Of a stretch of DNA of 64,000 nucleotides, positions 13,290-25,395 are shown piece after piece. This DNA comes from Macrostomum hystrix (Eukaryota > Animalia > Platyhelminthes): positions 3,782,001-3,846,000 of the forward strand of contig CATNEN010000033.1 of NCBI GenBank assembly GCA_950097015.1. The letters run 5' to 3'. A program made the position numbers and the translations under genes. A model generated the notes under the pieces. It saw nothing but the letters and a program-made list of their open reading frames with translations. It was not told the DNA's origin and searched no databases. Each line of letters starts with the position of its first letter. Within the stretch, counting starts at the first letter, position 1.

Positions 13290-14062
13290 CCTAACTGCAG
13301 CTAATTATCATGATGAGTCACTCCTCACTGCAGCTAGTTATCATGATGAGTCACTCCTCACTGCAGCTAATTATCATGATGAGTCACTCGTCACTGCAGC
13401 TAATTATCATGATGAGTCACTCCTCACTGCAGCTAATTATCATGATGAGTCACTCCTCACTGCAGCTAGTTATCATGATGAGTCACTCCTCACTGCAGCT
13501 AGTTATCATGATGAGTCACTCCTCACTGCAGCTAGTTATCATGATGAGTCACTCCTCACTGCAGCTAATTATCATGATGAGTCACTCCTCACTGCAGCTA
13601 GTTATCATGATGAGTCACTCCTCACTGCAGCTAATTATCATGATGAGTCACTCCTCACTGCAGCTAATTATCATGATGAGTCACTCCTCACTGCAGCTAA
13701 TTATCATGATGAGTCACTCCTCACTGCAGCTAGTTATCATGATGAGTCACTCCTCACTGCAGCTAATTATCATGATGAGTCACTCCTCACTGCAGCTAGT
13801 TATCATGATGAGTCACTCCTCACTGCAGCTAGTTATCATGATGAGTCACTCCTCACTGCAGCTAGTTATCATGATGAGTCACTCCTCACTGCAGCTAGTT
13901 ATCATGATGAGTCACTCCTCACTGCAGCTAGTTATCATGATGAGTCACTCCTCACTGCAGCTAATTATCATGATGAGTCACTCCTCACTGCAGCTAGTTA
14001 TCATGATGAGTCACTCCTCACTGCAGCTAATTATCATGATGAGTCACTCCTCACTGCAGCTA
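13290..14062. repeat. 33-bp minisatellite (CATGATGAGTCACTCCTCACTGCAGCTAATTAT)n
   Basis: About 23 near-perfect units immediately 3' of the channel gene stop codon. Confidence 0.97.
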
Positions 14063-14304
14063 ATACTAAAAGCCCATCAGATTCGTTCACAAAATCAGCA
14101 CAATGAAATGTAAATAAAAATAACTTTAGAGAAAAGCATGGGATGTTCTCAAACTTGATTGACAGCTGAAGCGCTTGTGTTGTGAGCTGCGTCTCACAAT
14201 GACCTTGCCCCGACCCCTGCGTCTCTAACCCTTCCACCCCGGCCACCTGCTCAAACCAGTTCTGGCCGGCCCCGGCTTAGGCCACCCTCCTTTGTCATGT
14301 TTTT

Positions 14305-14610
14305 CGCTCGCCCATTGGCTGTCCCCTGTGCCGACCTCGCTAGTCCAATCAGGCCTCTCGCCAAGGAGGCTTCTGATTGGCTAGCCGGTCCCCTTCTCTC
14401 TCTCTCTCGGCTTGCAGCCGACCCCAGCCCAGCCCTGTTTGCTACCCCCAGCCCTGCGTGGCTTAGCCCTACCCCGCCCAGCCCTATGCCCTCGCCCCAC
14501 CCCACGCGGTTATTTATTTGCGCGCGCTGCCCGTGGCCAGCCCGCCCCCACCTGAACTCGTGCGAGAGCATTGCTGAAGTTAATTTGAAAATCAGAAGCG
14601 ATTGGACGTA
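14305..14610 (+). promoter_or_regulatory. Promoter-like GC-rich island with CCAAT and GC boxes
   Basis: ATTGG at 14314, CCAAT at 14345, ATTGG at 14376 and 14601, CCCCGCCC at 14472. Followed by an ATG at 14653 and a strong donor CG|GTAAGA at 14678. Confidence 0.4.
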
Positions 14611-14652
14611 GAAAGTAGAAGCCATAATACACAGCCGGAAGCACCATTTTGC

Positions 14653-17600
14653 ATGAGTTCCACATTCAACCCCTCTCGGTAAGAAAAGTATTCACGCGTT
14701 ATTTATTTATTTATTATCAAATCTTGTTCCTCTGCCCGACCTCTGCGGTTGCCAAGAGCTCACCATCATCCTTCTCATCCAGAGTCTTCCTCGAGTCTGA
14801 GAAGTGTCGGTACGCTTCCAGACCATCATCTACCTCTCTCTTGGGCTGTCGAGTGGCTGCCCGCTCGCAGTCAAAACCTTCAATCAGGGCTTAGCGAGTG
14901 TCGGTACGCTCCAAGTCCATCCCGTCTCTCCTCGGAGTGCCTGGACGCCTCGAGGGTCGCTGCTTCCCCTCCCTCTACTCCCGGCAAGCTTTGGGCGGTC
15001 CGTACCCGAACCCCCACTACCGCGTTGGCGAACTGCCGACAGAAAGCGAAAACTACAACACTTGTTTGGGCCTGTCACCTCAGCTGCGTCAGTTTTAAAT
15101 GTTTTACTGTAAAAAAGTCCCACAAAAGTAATCAGGAAACAGTGAACTGGCACTGCAATTGTCATCGCAGCCGAGAAGGACAGTGGGCAGAGAAATCCCA
15201 GAGTCTATGAGCGAGTGGAAGCCCTGAGTGGGACGAGAAGGCCGTGAGTGGAATGGTGAGTGGATGCTGAGGCCAACTAGACCAGCTTCATCAGAATCCC
15301 ATTGTGAATCGCTGCTGGATGCGAAGAGAGCAAAAGTTTGTATGAAGCCGTTGTCAATAAATGGGAACTTTTACTAGGCAATCATTCTTGTCACTCTCAG
15401 CATCATCCTTGTCACACTCTCAGCATCATCCTTGTCACTCTCAGCACCATCCTTGTCACACTCTCAGCATCATCCTTGTCACACTCTCAGCATCATCCTT
15501 GTCACACTCTCAGCATCATCCTTGTCACTCTCAGCATCATCATTGTCACTCTCAGCACCATCCTTGTCACTCCCAGCACCATCCTTGTCACACTCTCAGC
15601 ATCATCCTTGTCACACTCTCAGCATCATCCTTGTCACTCTCAGCACCATCCTTGTCACTCTCAGCACCATCCTTGTCACACTCTCAGCATCATCCTTGTC
15701 ACTCTCAGCACCATCCTTGTCACACTCTCAGCATCATCCTTGTCACACTTCTCAGCACCATCCTTGTCACACTCTCAGCATCATCCTTGTCACTCTCAGC
15801 ACCATCCTTGTCACACTCTCAGCATCATCCTTGTCACACTTCTCAGCATCATCCTTGTCACACTCTCAGCATCATCCTTGTCACTCTCAGCATCATCCTT
15901 GTCACACTCTCAGCATCATCCTTGTCACTCTCAGCATCATCCTTGTCACACCCTCAGCATCATCCTTGTCACACCCTCAGCATCATCCTTGTCACTCTCA
16001 GCATCATCCTTGTCACTCTCAGCATCATCCTTGTCACTCCCAGCACCATTCTTGTCACTCTCTGTCTGCTGCTGACGTCAATGCAGTATATTGGTGTGTT
16101 TTGGTTAAATAAATTCAGCTGGGTCCCACTTTCCACCCAGTCTCACTTTGCTTCTCTTCTTCACCGGAGAGTTTAACCACCCCATAGTCGCTGGTTTTTC
16201 AATCAAGCTAATCTGTCTCAACGCCTCGCCAAGCTCTACTCGAAACTCGGAGCTGATTGATTCCGGCCCTAATGCGATTTGCGTGTCTACACGAGCGACG
16301 GCCTCCCAGTTCTCTCATTAGTTTTCTGCGTTTCCTTCGCGGAATCTTCTCATTGTTTTTTTTGTCGCCCGGACAGTGCACTAGTACCGTTAGGGATTTG
16401 CGAGATTCAATACTCCTGCCTCCTTGAAGCCTTGGAACACGGGGATGCGGCTGGCTGATTGAAGGGCTGAAGTTTTTGTCATAAATAGTTAAAATATTAG
16501 ATATGCATGTCAGATATAAAGACGGATCTAGATCTGTAGATCTTTCTTAACTGATAAAGAGACAATCTCTCAGATGATCTAGAGACACTCTTTGAACTGA
16601 TCTAGAGCCGCACTCTGAATTGATCTAGAGACACTTTCTGAACTGATCTAGACTCTCTAAACTGATCTATTGACACTTTATGAAGTGATCTAGATACACT
16701 TTATGAAGTTATCTAAAAACACTTTTTGAAGTGATCTAGAGACACTCTCTGAACTGATCTAGATACACTTTATGAAGTGATCTAGAGACACTTTCTGAAC
16801 TGATCTAGACTCTCTAAACTGATCTATTGACACTTTATGAAGTGATCTAGATACACTCTCTGAACTGATCTAGATACACTTTATGAAGTGATCTAGAGAC
16901 ACTTTCTGAACTGATCTAGAGACACTTTCTGAACTGATCTAAAGACACTTTCTGAACTGATCTAGAGACACTTTCTGAACTGATCTAGACTCTCTAAACT
17001 GATCTATTGACACTTTATGAAGTTATCTAAAAACACTTTTTGAAGTGATCTAGAGACACTCTCTGAACTGATCTAGATACACTTTATGAAGTGATCTAGA
17101 GACACTTTCTGAACTGATCTAGAAACACTTTCTGAACTGATCTAAAGACACTTTCTGAACTGATCTAGAGACACTTTCTGAACTGATCTAGAGACACTCT
17201 CTAAACTGATCTAAAGGGCACTTTCTGAGCTGATCTAGAGACACTCTCTGAACTGATCTAGAGACACTTTTTGCATCTATACAAACATTTTCTGATTTGA
17301 TCTGCAGGCATTCATAACAGAGTATAGCTCACAGTGACGATCATTTAATCTGGAAGTTTCTAGTAAAAGCTCGCGGAAAGCAAAAGTAGCAGCAGAAAGC
17401 AACTGCGGAGCTCAAAGCGGAGATGGGTCGTATTTCCTGTCGTGAGATTCCCCCATACTCAGCCAGCAGCTACTCCCGCATTCTCTCTCTCTCGGCTGTG
17501 AGCCTGTCCATCTCTGAGCAGTTGCTCATATGCAATTTGATGCAAGGCAGGGCGCAGTGAGGATGAGAGCTTATTTGGCTTAATAAGAAATTGTAGGGCC

Positions 17601-20600
17601 CGAAGATACGAGCACTATCAGCTAAGGAGTAACTCGGGCTGCACTTCTGGGTTGGCAAAGAAAGCTTAGAAAGTTATTGCAGTGATCTTTGATCTAGCAC
17701 TTGCTTATGAATGCTTTCTGTCTTAATATGCCATAGAACTTCTGATAATCACACTCGCTAGCCTGCACTACCTCCCTTGTTCAATACCTCAATTGTTCAA
17801 TACTTCCCTTGTTCATTATCTCCTTTGTTCAATACCTCCCTTGTTCATTATCTCCTTTGTTCAATACCTCCCTTGTTCATTCCCTCCCTTGTTCAATACC
17901 TCCCTTGTTCATTATCTCCTTTGTTCATTAACTCCGTTGTTCATTATCTCATTTATTCATTACCTTACTTGTTCATTAACTCCCTTGTTCATTACCTCCC
18001 TTGTTCATTGCCTCCCTTGTTCATTACCTCCCTTGTTCATTATCTCATTTGTTTTGTTCCCATGTTCATTAACTCCCTTGTTCATTAACTCCCTTGTTCA
18101 TTAACTCCCTTGTTCATTAACTCCCTTGTTCATTAACTCCCTTGTTCATTAACTCCCTTGTTCATTATCCACCTTGTTCATTATTTCCCTTGGTCATTAT
18201 ATTCATTGTTCATTACCTCCCTTGTTCATTATCCCATATGGCTGACTCCTTAGGTACTGAAGTATTTGTTGGTGATTCCTGAGGCACTGAAGTATTGGTT
18301 GGTGATTCCTGAGGCACTGAAGAATTGGTTGGTGATTCCTGAGGCACTGAAGTATATGTTGGTGATTCCTGAGGCACTGAAGTATTGGTCGGTGATTCCT
18401 GAGGCACTGGAGTATTGGTTGGTGATTCCTGAGGCACTGAAGTATTGGTTGGTGATTCCTGAGGCACTGAAGTATTGGTTCGTGATTCCTGAGGCACTGA
18501 AGTATTGGTTCGTGATTCCTGAGGCACTGAAGTATTGATGGGTTATTCCTAGGGCACTGGAGTACTGCCAATCGGCTGTTGCAGACACATGTGTAAACAG
18601 CTTAACTTTGAATCAGCTTAACAAGAGCTTTTAAGAGGCTTGGTGACTGAGTGGGCTTATTGATTTACCTCCTGTTTAGTTCGGACAGAACAAAGCTTAA
18701 CAAGTTCATGTTAAGCCGCACTATGTCGGATCTTAACCTCTTGAGTAGGAAATTTGAGTAGGAAGAAAATGAAATTTCCAGGTGAAATTTCCTGCTCCCA
18801 TAAAAGTTCGCCCACTTCAGTCTTGCCAGCCAGTTAAGAAAAGTGCAGTTTTATGAGCAAACTCACTATTTAGCTGAATGAAATTTAAAGACCTTGAAGT
18901 TTATGACAAAACACTTGCGGCTGGGTTAGACCAGGCAGTGGATAGACCAGGCAGTGGATAGACCAGGCAGTGGATAGACCAGGCAGTGGATAGACCAGGC
19001 AGTGGATAGACCAGGCAGTGGATAGACCAGGCAGTGGATAGACCAGGCAGTGGATAGACCAGGCAGTGGATAGACCAGGCAGTGGATAGACCAGGCAGTG
19101 GATAGACCAGGCAGTGGATAGACCAGGCAGTGGATAGACCAGGCAGTGGATAGACCAGGCAGTGGATAGACCAGGCAGTGGATAGACCAGGCAGTGGATA
19201 GACCAGGCAGTGGATAGACCAGGCAGTGGATAGACCAGGCAGTGGATAGACCAGGCAGTGGATAGACCAGGCAGTGGATAGACCAGGCAGTGGATAGACC
19301 AGGCAGTGGATAGACCAGGCAGTGGATAGACCAGGCAGTGGATAGACGAGGCAGTGGATAGACCAGGCAGTGGATAGACGAGGCAGTGGATAGACCAGGC
19401 AGTGGATAGACCAGGCAGTGGATAGACCAGGCAGTGGATAGACGAGGCAGTGGATAGACCAGGCAGTGGATAGACCAGGCTAGGAGAATTACATTTTTAC
19501 CTATCCCAGTTGAAATTCTGCTAGATGGCGTCATCAAGGCTTGAGCACAATACCACTGCAAATATATGCTCAGATTGATGGTTAGCTCATCAAATATGAA
19601 CTCTAACACTTTCGCCAGTCCCCACGGGAGCCCTTCGGTTGCCAAGATTCTAGCCAGAAAATGTTTTGTCAAACAGACATTAAATAAATATCTGCTTTCA
19701 CACATTGAGAAATTGAGGGAAGTAAGATACTCGTAACTAGGCATACCTGTGGACAGAAGCACGAATTGGAATCCCAGTTGTTAGGATACAGGATCTAAGC
19801 TTCGGCTACAATTCTAGCTACGGATACGATTCAAGCTACGGCTACGATTCTAGCTTACGGCTACGATTCCAGCTACGGCTACGATTCAAGCTACGGCTAT
19901 GATTCAAGCTACGGCTTTGATTCAAGCTTCGGCTACAATTCTAGCTACGGATACGATTCAAGCTACGGCTACGATTCTAGCTTACGGCTACGATTCCAGC
20001 TACGGCTACGATTCAAGCTACGGCTATGATTCAAGCTACGGCTTTGATTCAAGCTACAGCTACGATTCAAGCTACGGCTACGATTCAAGCTACAGCTACG
20101 ATTCAAGCTACGGCTATGATTCAAGCTACAGCAACGATTCAAGCTACGGCTAGGATTCAAGCTACGGCTACGATTCAAGCTACGGCTATGATTCAAGCTA
20201 CGGCTAGGATTCTAGCTACGGATACGATTCAAGCTACGGCTACGATTCAAGCTACGGCTATGATTCAAGCTACGGCTTTGATTCAAGCTACAGCTACGAT
20301 TCAAGCTACAGCAACGATTCAAGCTACGGCTACGATTCAAGCTACGGCTACGATTCAAGCTACGGCTATGATTCAAGCTACGGCTAGGATTCTAGCTACG
20401 GATACGATTCAAGCTACGGCTACGATTCTAGCTTACGGCTACGATTCCAGCTACGGCTACGATTCCAGCTACGGCTACGATTCAAGCTACGGCTACGATT
20501 CTAGCTACGGCTACGATTCAAGCTACAGCTATGATTCAAGCCACAGCTACGATTCAAGCTACAGCTATGATTCAAGCCACAGCTACGATTCAAGCTACGG

Positions 20601-20863
20601 CTATGATTCAAGCTACAGCTATTATTCTAGCTACTGCGTTGATGTTCTGCCAGCCCTGTGCTGCACCTAAGAGTTGAGCTTATTTTCAGAGATCAAAGAG
20701 AATTTCAGCGGTGAACTCTATTGAGACTGACTCAATCAGCTCTTCTGGCGGGACTGGGATCGTGGAATCGCATTTTGCCATGCGGCGCTTCCAGTGGCCA
20801 GGGAATTTGCACTTCCCGCCTCTGCAGCCTCGGAGGGAGGTCGCGGAGCCTAATTTGAGCTGA
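14653..20863 (+). CDS. Tentative multi-exon gene, ~236-aa Ser/Pro-rich protein of unknown function
   Basis: Hand-assembled phase-compatible exons 14653-14678, 14757-15087, 17597-17628, 19574-19721, 20690-20863 (711 nt, open). No recognisable domain; assembled post hoc. Confidence 0.25.
15380..16062. repeat. 21-23-bp minisatellite (CAGCATCATCCTTGTCAC[AC]TCT)n
   Basis: About 30 units. Confidence 0.95.
16580..17272. repeat. ~23-bp minisatellite (GAACTGATCTAGAGACACTTTCT)n
   Basis: About 30 variable units. Confidence 0.92.
17770..18232. repeat. ~17-bp pyrimidine-rich repeat (CTCCCTTGTTCATTAA)n
   Basis: Tandem units are visible. Confidence 0.9.
18255..18562. repeat. 30-bp minisatellite (GGTGATTCCTGAGGCACTGAAGTATTGGTT)n
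   Basis: About 10 units. Confidence 0.95.
18926..19480. repeat. 16-bp minisatellite (GACCAGGCAGTGGATA)n
   Basis: About 35 near-perfect units. Confidence 0.97.
19790..20635. repeat. 18-bp minisatellite (GCTACGGCTACGATTCAA)n, block 1
   Basis: Same family as 1-1110, in the opposite orientation. Confidence 0.96.
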
Positions 20864-21179
20864 TGGCCAGTCAGCCATCTCAATTGGGATCTGAGCGGTG
20901 CGATGCAGGGGAGATAGCCAGAGATGGGGATATGGGGATAAAAGCTGACGGCACAGAAGTCCCCAGAAGAGGTCTTCCGCTTCACTTGCCTCCCATTCCC
21001 ACTTCCTCACTGCCGAGTTGACCGCCTGGGTGGGGTCGGGGAGACAAAAGTGAACTGGATGGGCCGGGGAGGGGCAGGCCGAGCTGGACCGAAGCGGCCA
21101 TTGCTGGCAGAAGAAGGCCTCCTGCTCCACAGATCAGCCCAGTATCTGAGCAATATTGCACTTAGGAAAGCAATCAAGA

Positions 21180-22497
21180 GTAGCTACGGCTTCAAGCTAC
21201 GGCTACGATTCAAGCTACGGCTACGATTCCAGCTACGGCTATGATTCAAGCTACGGCTACGATTCAAGCTACGGCTACGATTCAAGCTACGGCTATGATT
21301 CAAGCTACAGCTACGATTCAAGCTACGGCTATGATTCAAGCTACGGCTACGATTCAAGCTACGGCTACGATTCTAGCTACGGCTATGATTCAAGCTACGG
21401 CTATGATTCAAGCTACGGCTACGATTCAAGCTACGGCTATGATTCAAGCTACGGCTACGATTCTAGCTTACGGCTACGATTCCAGCTACGGCTACGATTC
21501 AAGCTACGGCTATGATTCAAGCTACGGCTACGATTCAAGCTACGGCTACGATTCAAGCTACGGCTATGATTCAAGCTACGGCTACGATTCAAGCTACGGC
21601 TATGATTCAAGCTACGGCTACGATTCAAGCTACGGCTACGATTCAAGCTACGGCTATGATTCAAGCTACGGCTATGATTCAAGCTACGGCTATGATTCAA
21701 GCTACGGCTACGATTCAAGCTACAGCTACGATTCAAGCTACGGCTATGATTCAAGCTACGGCTACGATTCAAGCTACGGCTATGATTCAAGCTACGGCTA
21801 CGATTCAAGCTACGGCTATGATTCAAGCTACGGCTACGATTCAAGCTACGGCTATGATTCAAGCTACGGCTACGATTCAAGCTACAGCTACGATTCAAGC
21901 TACGGCTATGATTCAAGCTACGGCTATGATTCAAGCTACAGCTACTATTCAAGCTACAGCTACTATTCAAGCTACGGCTACGATTCTAGCTACGGCTACG
22001 ATTCAAGCTACGGCTATGATTCAAGCTACGGCTACGATTCAAGCTACGGCTATGATTCAAGCTACGGCTACGATTCAAGCTACGGCTATGATTCAAGCTA
22101 CGGCTACGATTCAAGCTACGGCTATGATTCAAGCTACGGCTATGATTCAAGCTACGGCTACGATTCAAGCTACGGCTACGATTCAAGCTACGGCTACGAT
22201 TCAAGCTACAGCTACGATTCAAGCTACGGCTATGATTCAAGCTACGGCTATGATTCAAGCTACGGCTACGATTCAAGCTACGGCTATGATTCAAGCTACG
22301 GCTACGATTCAAGCTACAGCTACGATTCTAGCTACGGCTACGATTCAAGCTACAGCTACTATTCAAGCTACGGCTACGATTCTAGCTACGGCTACGATTC
22401 AAGCTACAGCTACTATTCAAGCTACGGCTACGATTCTAGCTACGGCTACGATTCAAGCTACAGCTACTATTCAAGCTACGGCTACGATTCTAGCTAT
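21180..22497. repeat. 18-bp minisatellite (GCTACGGCTACGATTCAA)n, block 2
   Basis: About 73 units; separated from block 1 by ~545 bp of unique sequence. Confidence 0.97.
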
Positions 22498-23427
22498 TTC
22501 TTTACTTATCAAAATGTGTCTTTCGTGAGTCTAGTGCCTTCCGTTTAAAGTTATCTGAGCATTTCGGAAATGAGAAAGTATTTTTAACCTTTAAATAAAA
22601 AAATTTTAATTGAACTTTGCATTCCCAATCTCCAAGTGCTGAGCACAGTTCTGAGATCCCCCTATTCTGTCCGTACTAATCCCAGCCCTAAGTTTGCCCC
22701 GGCTTCCTCTTGAGCTCGCATCCTCTCATTCCACTTTTGCTTATCCGCACTTTGTCCCCTGCCGTAGGTCCATAGTATCCCTGCCTCGCGTTTCGAATCT
22801 TTTTTAGTAAAAAACGCCATCCGTCTAATCGGCCTTGCCATCCAGGCAAGGGGGCTCCGCTCATCCCGCTTGCCTCAGTGCAATTTCCATCGGCTTTTAG
22901 CAGGCGGGCTGACATTGAGGTGGAAGCTGAGGGCAGGCCTCTGAAACAAAGAGCATTGGAAATCAGAGGTGGATGCGAAACCGGTATCTGCTAGAAATAG
23001 AACTCAGTTTCAGTGGCGGCTGCGGGTTCGGCGCCAACCTCCCTCCCTGCCAAGGGCTGCAGCGGATAGGACGCAGAAAGGGAGCCTGCTGCTGCCCGCA
23101 GAACATGACGAAGGCAGTCTGCGGGCATTCGACATCCGGATAATTAATTTCAGCTCGGAGCTGGGCGACCCCGCACTCTGCCAGGCCTTGTCTGTCGCTG
23201 ATTAGACCCGTGCTGGCCGGAGAGAATCTGGGCTGGGGGTGGGTGAGGGTGCTCCAATCACTGCCTGACTGGCGGCACCCAGCTGCCCCCGCACTGCCCA
23301 GAATGTCCCCGGCGGTGTCATCGACTGCATTTCTCAACTGAACCTTCCGCCTGCAGCTCTTCCTGTCTGCATACCTCACCCTCCCAGAACTTCTCAAGCT
23401 CCTTAGGCTACTCAGGTGCTTCAGGCT

Positions 23428-23850
23428 CCTCATGCTACTCATACCCAGGTTCTTCATGCTACTCAACCTCAGGTTCCCCATGCTACTCATCCTCAGGTTC
23501 CCCATGCTACTCATCCTCAGGTTCCCCATGCTACTCAACCTCATGCTACTCATCCTCAGGTTCCCCATGCTACTCATCCTCAGGTTCCCCATGCTACTCA
23601 ACCTCATGCTACTCATCCTCAGGTTCCCCATGCTACTCAACCTCATGCTACTCATCCTCAGGTTCCCCATGCTACTCATCCTCAGGTTCCCCATGCTACT
23701 CAACCTCGGTTCCCCATGCTACTCAACCTCATGCTACTCATCCTCAGGTTCCCCATGCTACTCAACCTCATGCTACTCATTATCAGTTTTCTCATGCTAC
23801 TCATCCTCAGGCTGCTCATCCTCAGGCTGCTCATCCTCAGGTTCCTAATC
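23428..23850. repeat. Mixed 24/15-bp repeat (CATGCTACTCATCCTCAGGTTCCC / CATGCTACTCAACCT)
   Basis: Tandem units are visible. Confidence 0.93.
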
Positions 23851-24168
23851 TGCTAAGCGATGCTTTTAAAGAATAAATGAAACTATTAATAGCAAATTTG
23901 CATGCGCAGTTTTCCGCAGACTAGTGGGCTGAGCTCAGTATTGTAGAGCTCAACGCTAAACAATAGTGTATTTTTCAGACAATCAAGACATTAGCTATAT
24001 TGAATAAGGAGCGCAGAATGACTATGAATTTTTGTATAGAATCCTTCTTATAATAATTAATGCTAAAAACATCTAAACGACTTGCAGACGCGACAGAAGA
24101 GAGCGTCAACAATAACAAAATAAAAACAACAACAAAACAGTCGTGTGGGGGTGACGCAAAAGCCTCCC

Positions 24169-25395
24169 TCAGCCGTCAAGCCTTGGCTGCGGCACATTGT
24201 CCTCGTGCCCGAAGATGTCGCCCAGCTGCCGCCTGTACGCCTCGATGTTGCGCCGCATGACGCCCAGGCAGGGGCCGAGCAGCCGTTCGAAGTCCGTCAC
24301 GTGCAGCACGCACACCTTGGTGGCGCCCACCGCGTAGCAACTGGCCGCCCTCGGCTGCTTCGTGATGAGCGCCAGCTCGCCAAAGTAGTCGCCTTTGCCC
24401 AGCTGATTTACCTGCGTCTCCAGGCCGTTATCGGAGCCGCGCCGCATCACCTTGACGCCGCCCTCCTCAACGAAGAACATCTCGTTGCCGACGTCGCCCT
24501 GCATCAGGATCGGCGCGCCGTCATCGAATTCCCGCTCCCGAATGGCGTCGGCCACGTTCTGTCGCTCGTACTGGGTGATCTCGGCCAGCAGCGGCACAGA
24601 GGCCAGGAAGGCTTCATACTTCTGCCTGTGCCGGAACGCTGCGGTCAGCACCCGACGCTGAAAGGTCTCCATGTCCAGTGACCAGAGGACGCCGTCGGTG
24701 CGAGCCACGATCGTGGCCGCCCGCGGGCAATAGTACATGAGCGCCAGCTCGCCGAATGAGCCCTCTTGATTATAGGTCAGCACCTGCCTCTGGCCGCCTT
24801 CAACTGACGGGTCCTCGACGAACGCGTCGAAGACGCCGCGCTCAATCACATAGAAATTGTCGCCTTCCTGGTGCTGTCGAATCACCGTGTCGCCGGACCT
24901 GACCGGCACCTCATGCATGGCGTCGATCACGTGACCGAGGCTGGCGCGGTCCAGGCTGCGGAAGAGCAGGATGTGCTTCACGGCCTCTGCCAGCCTCCGC
25001 CTCTGCTCGTCGCTCTTGGGCACCAGTTTTCGCTGATTGTCGTCGTCTTCGTTGTGCAGCTCCGGGTCGAAGGACGGCGCTGCCACGCTCACCCGACGAC
25101 CGCCGCTTAGGCTGCAGGAGCTGGCGCCGCCACCGATCCAGCCAGCGTCGACAATGTCGTCCTCATTGACGTCGCTGTTATCGGCTGATACCTCAGCTGT
25201 TGCCGAAGCCAACAGTTTGGACTTTCCGGACGTCGCCGACGCTGTATCTGTCACTGCCGTCGCCGTGGCTGACGCCTCTAGCTGGTTGAAGTAGGCGGAG
25301 GCGAAGGCCACGAGGTCTGGCGGCCGGCTGCGCAGGACCGCCACAGTGAAGTCCTGCAGCAGCTGCGGCAGGCCAGCGGGGATCTCGAATGACAT
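24169..25395 (-). CDS. PRKAR2: cAMP-dependent protein kinase type II regulatory subunit (408 aa, intronless CDS)
   Basis: Starts MSFEIPAGLPQLLQDFTVAVLRSRPPDLVAFASAYF (RII docking/dimerisation domain). RRVSV autoinhibitory site. Two cyclic-nucleotide-binding cassettes, FGELALMYYCPRAAT and FGELALITKQPRAAS. The track's upstream extension to 25653 is probably 5' UTR. Confidence 0.96.
   Translation of the reverse strand: MSFEIPAGLPQLLQDFTVAVLRSRPPDLVAFASAYFNQLEASATATAVTDTASATSGKSKLLASATAEVSADNSDVNEDDIVDAGWIGGGASSCSLSGGRRVSVAAPSFDPELHNEDDDNQRKLVPKSDEQRRRLAEAVKHILLFRSLDRASLGHVIDAMHEVPVRSGDTVIRQHQEGDNFYVIERGVFDAFVEDPSVEGGQRQVLTYNQEGSFGELALMYYCPRAATIVARTDGVLWSLDMETFQRRVLTAAFRHRQKYEAFLASVPLLAEITQYERQNVADAIREREFDDGAPILMQGDVGNEMFFVEEGGVKVMRRGSDNGLETQVNQLGKGDYFGELALITKQPRAASCYAVGATKVCVLHVTDFERLLGPCLGVMRRNIEAYRRQLGDIFGHEDNVPQPRLDG

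Noticed and set aside
7069-18562. 30-33-bp direct repeat arrays as CRISPR arrays
   Set aside because: Units are head-to-tail with no unique spacers, there are no cas genes, and the context is eukaryotic.
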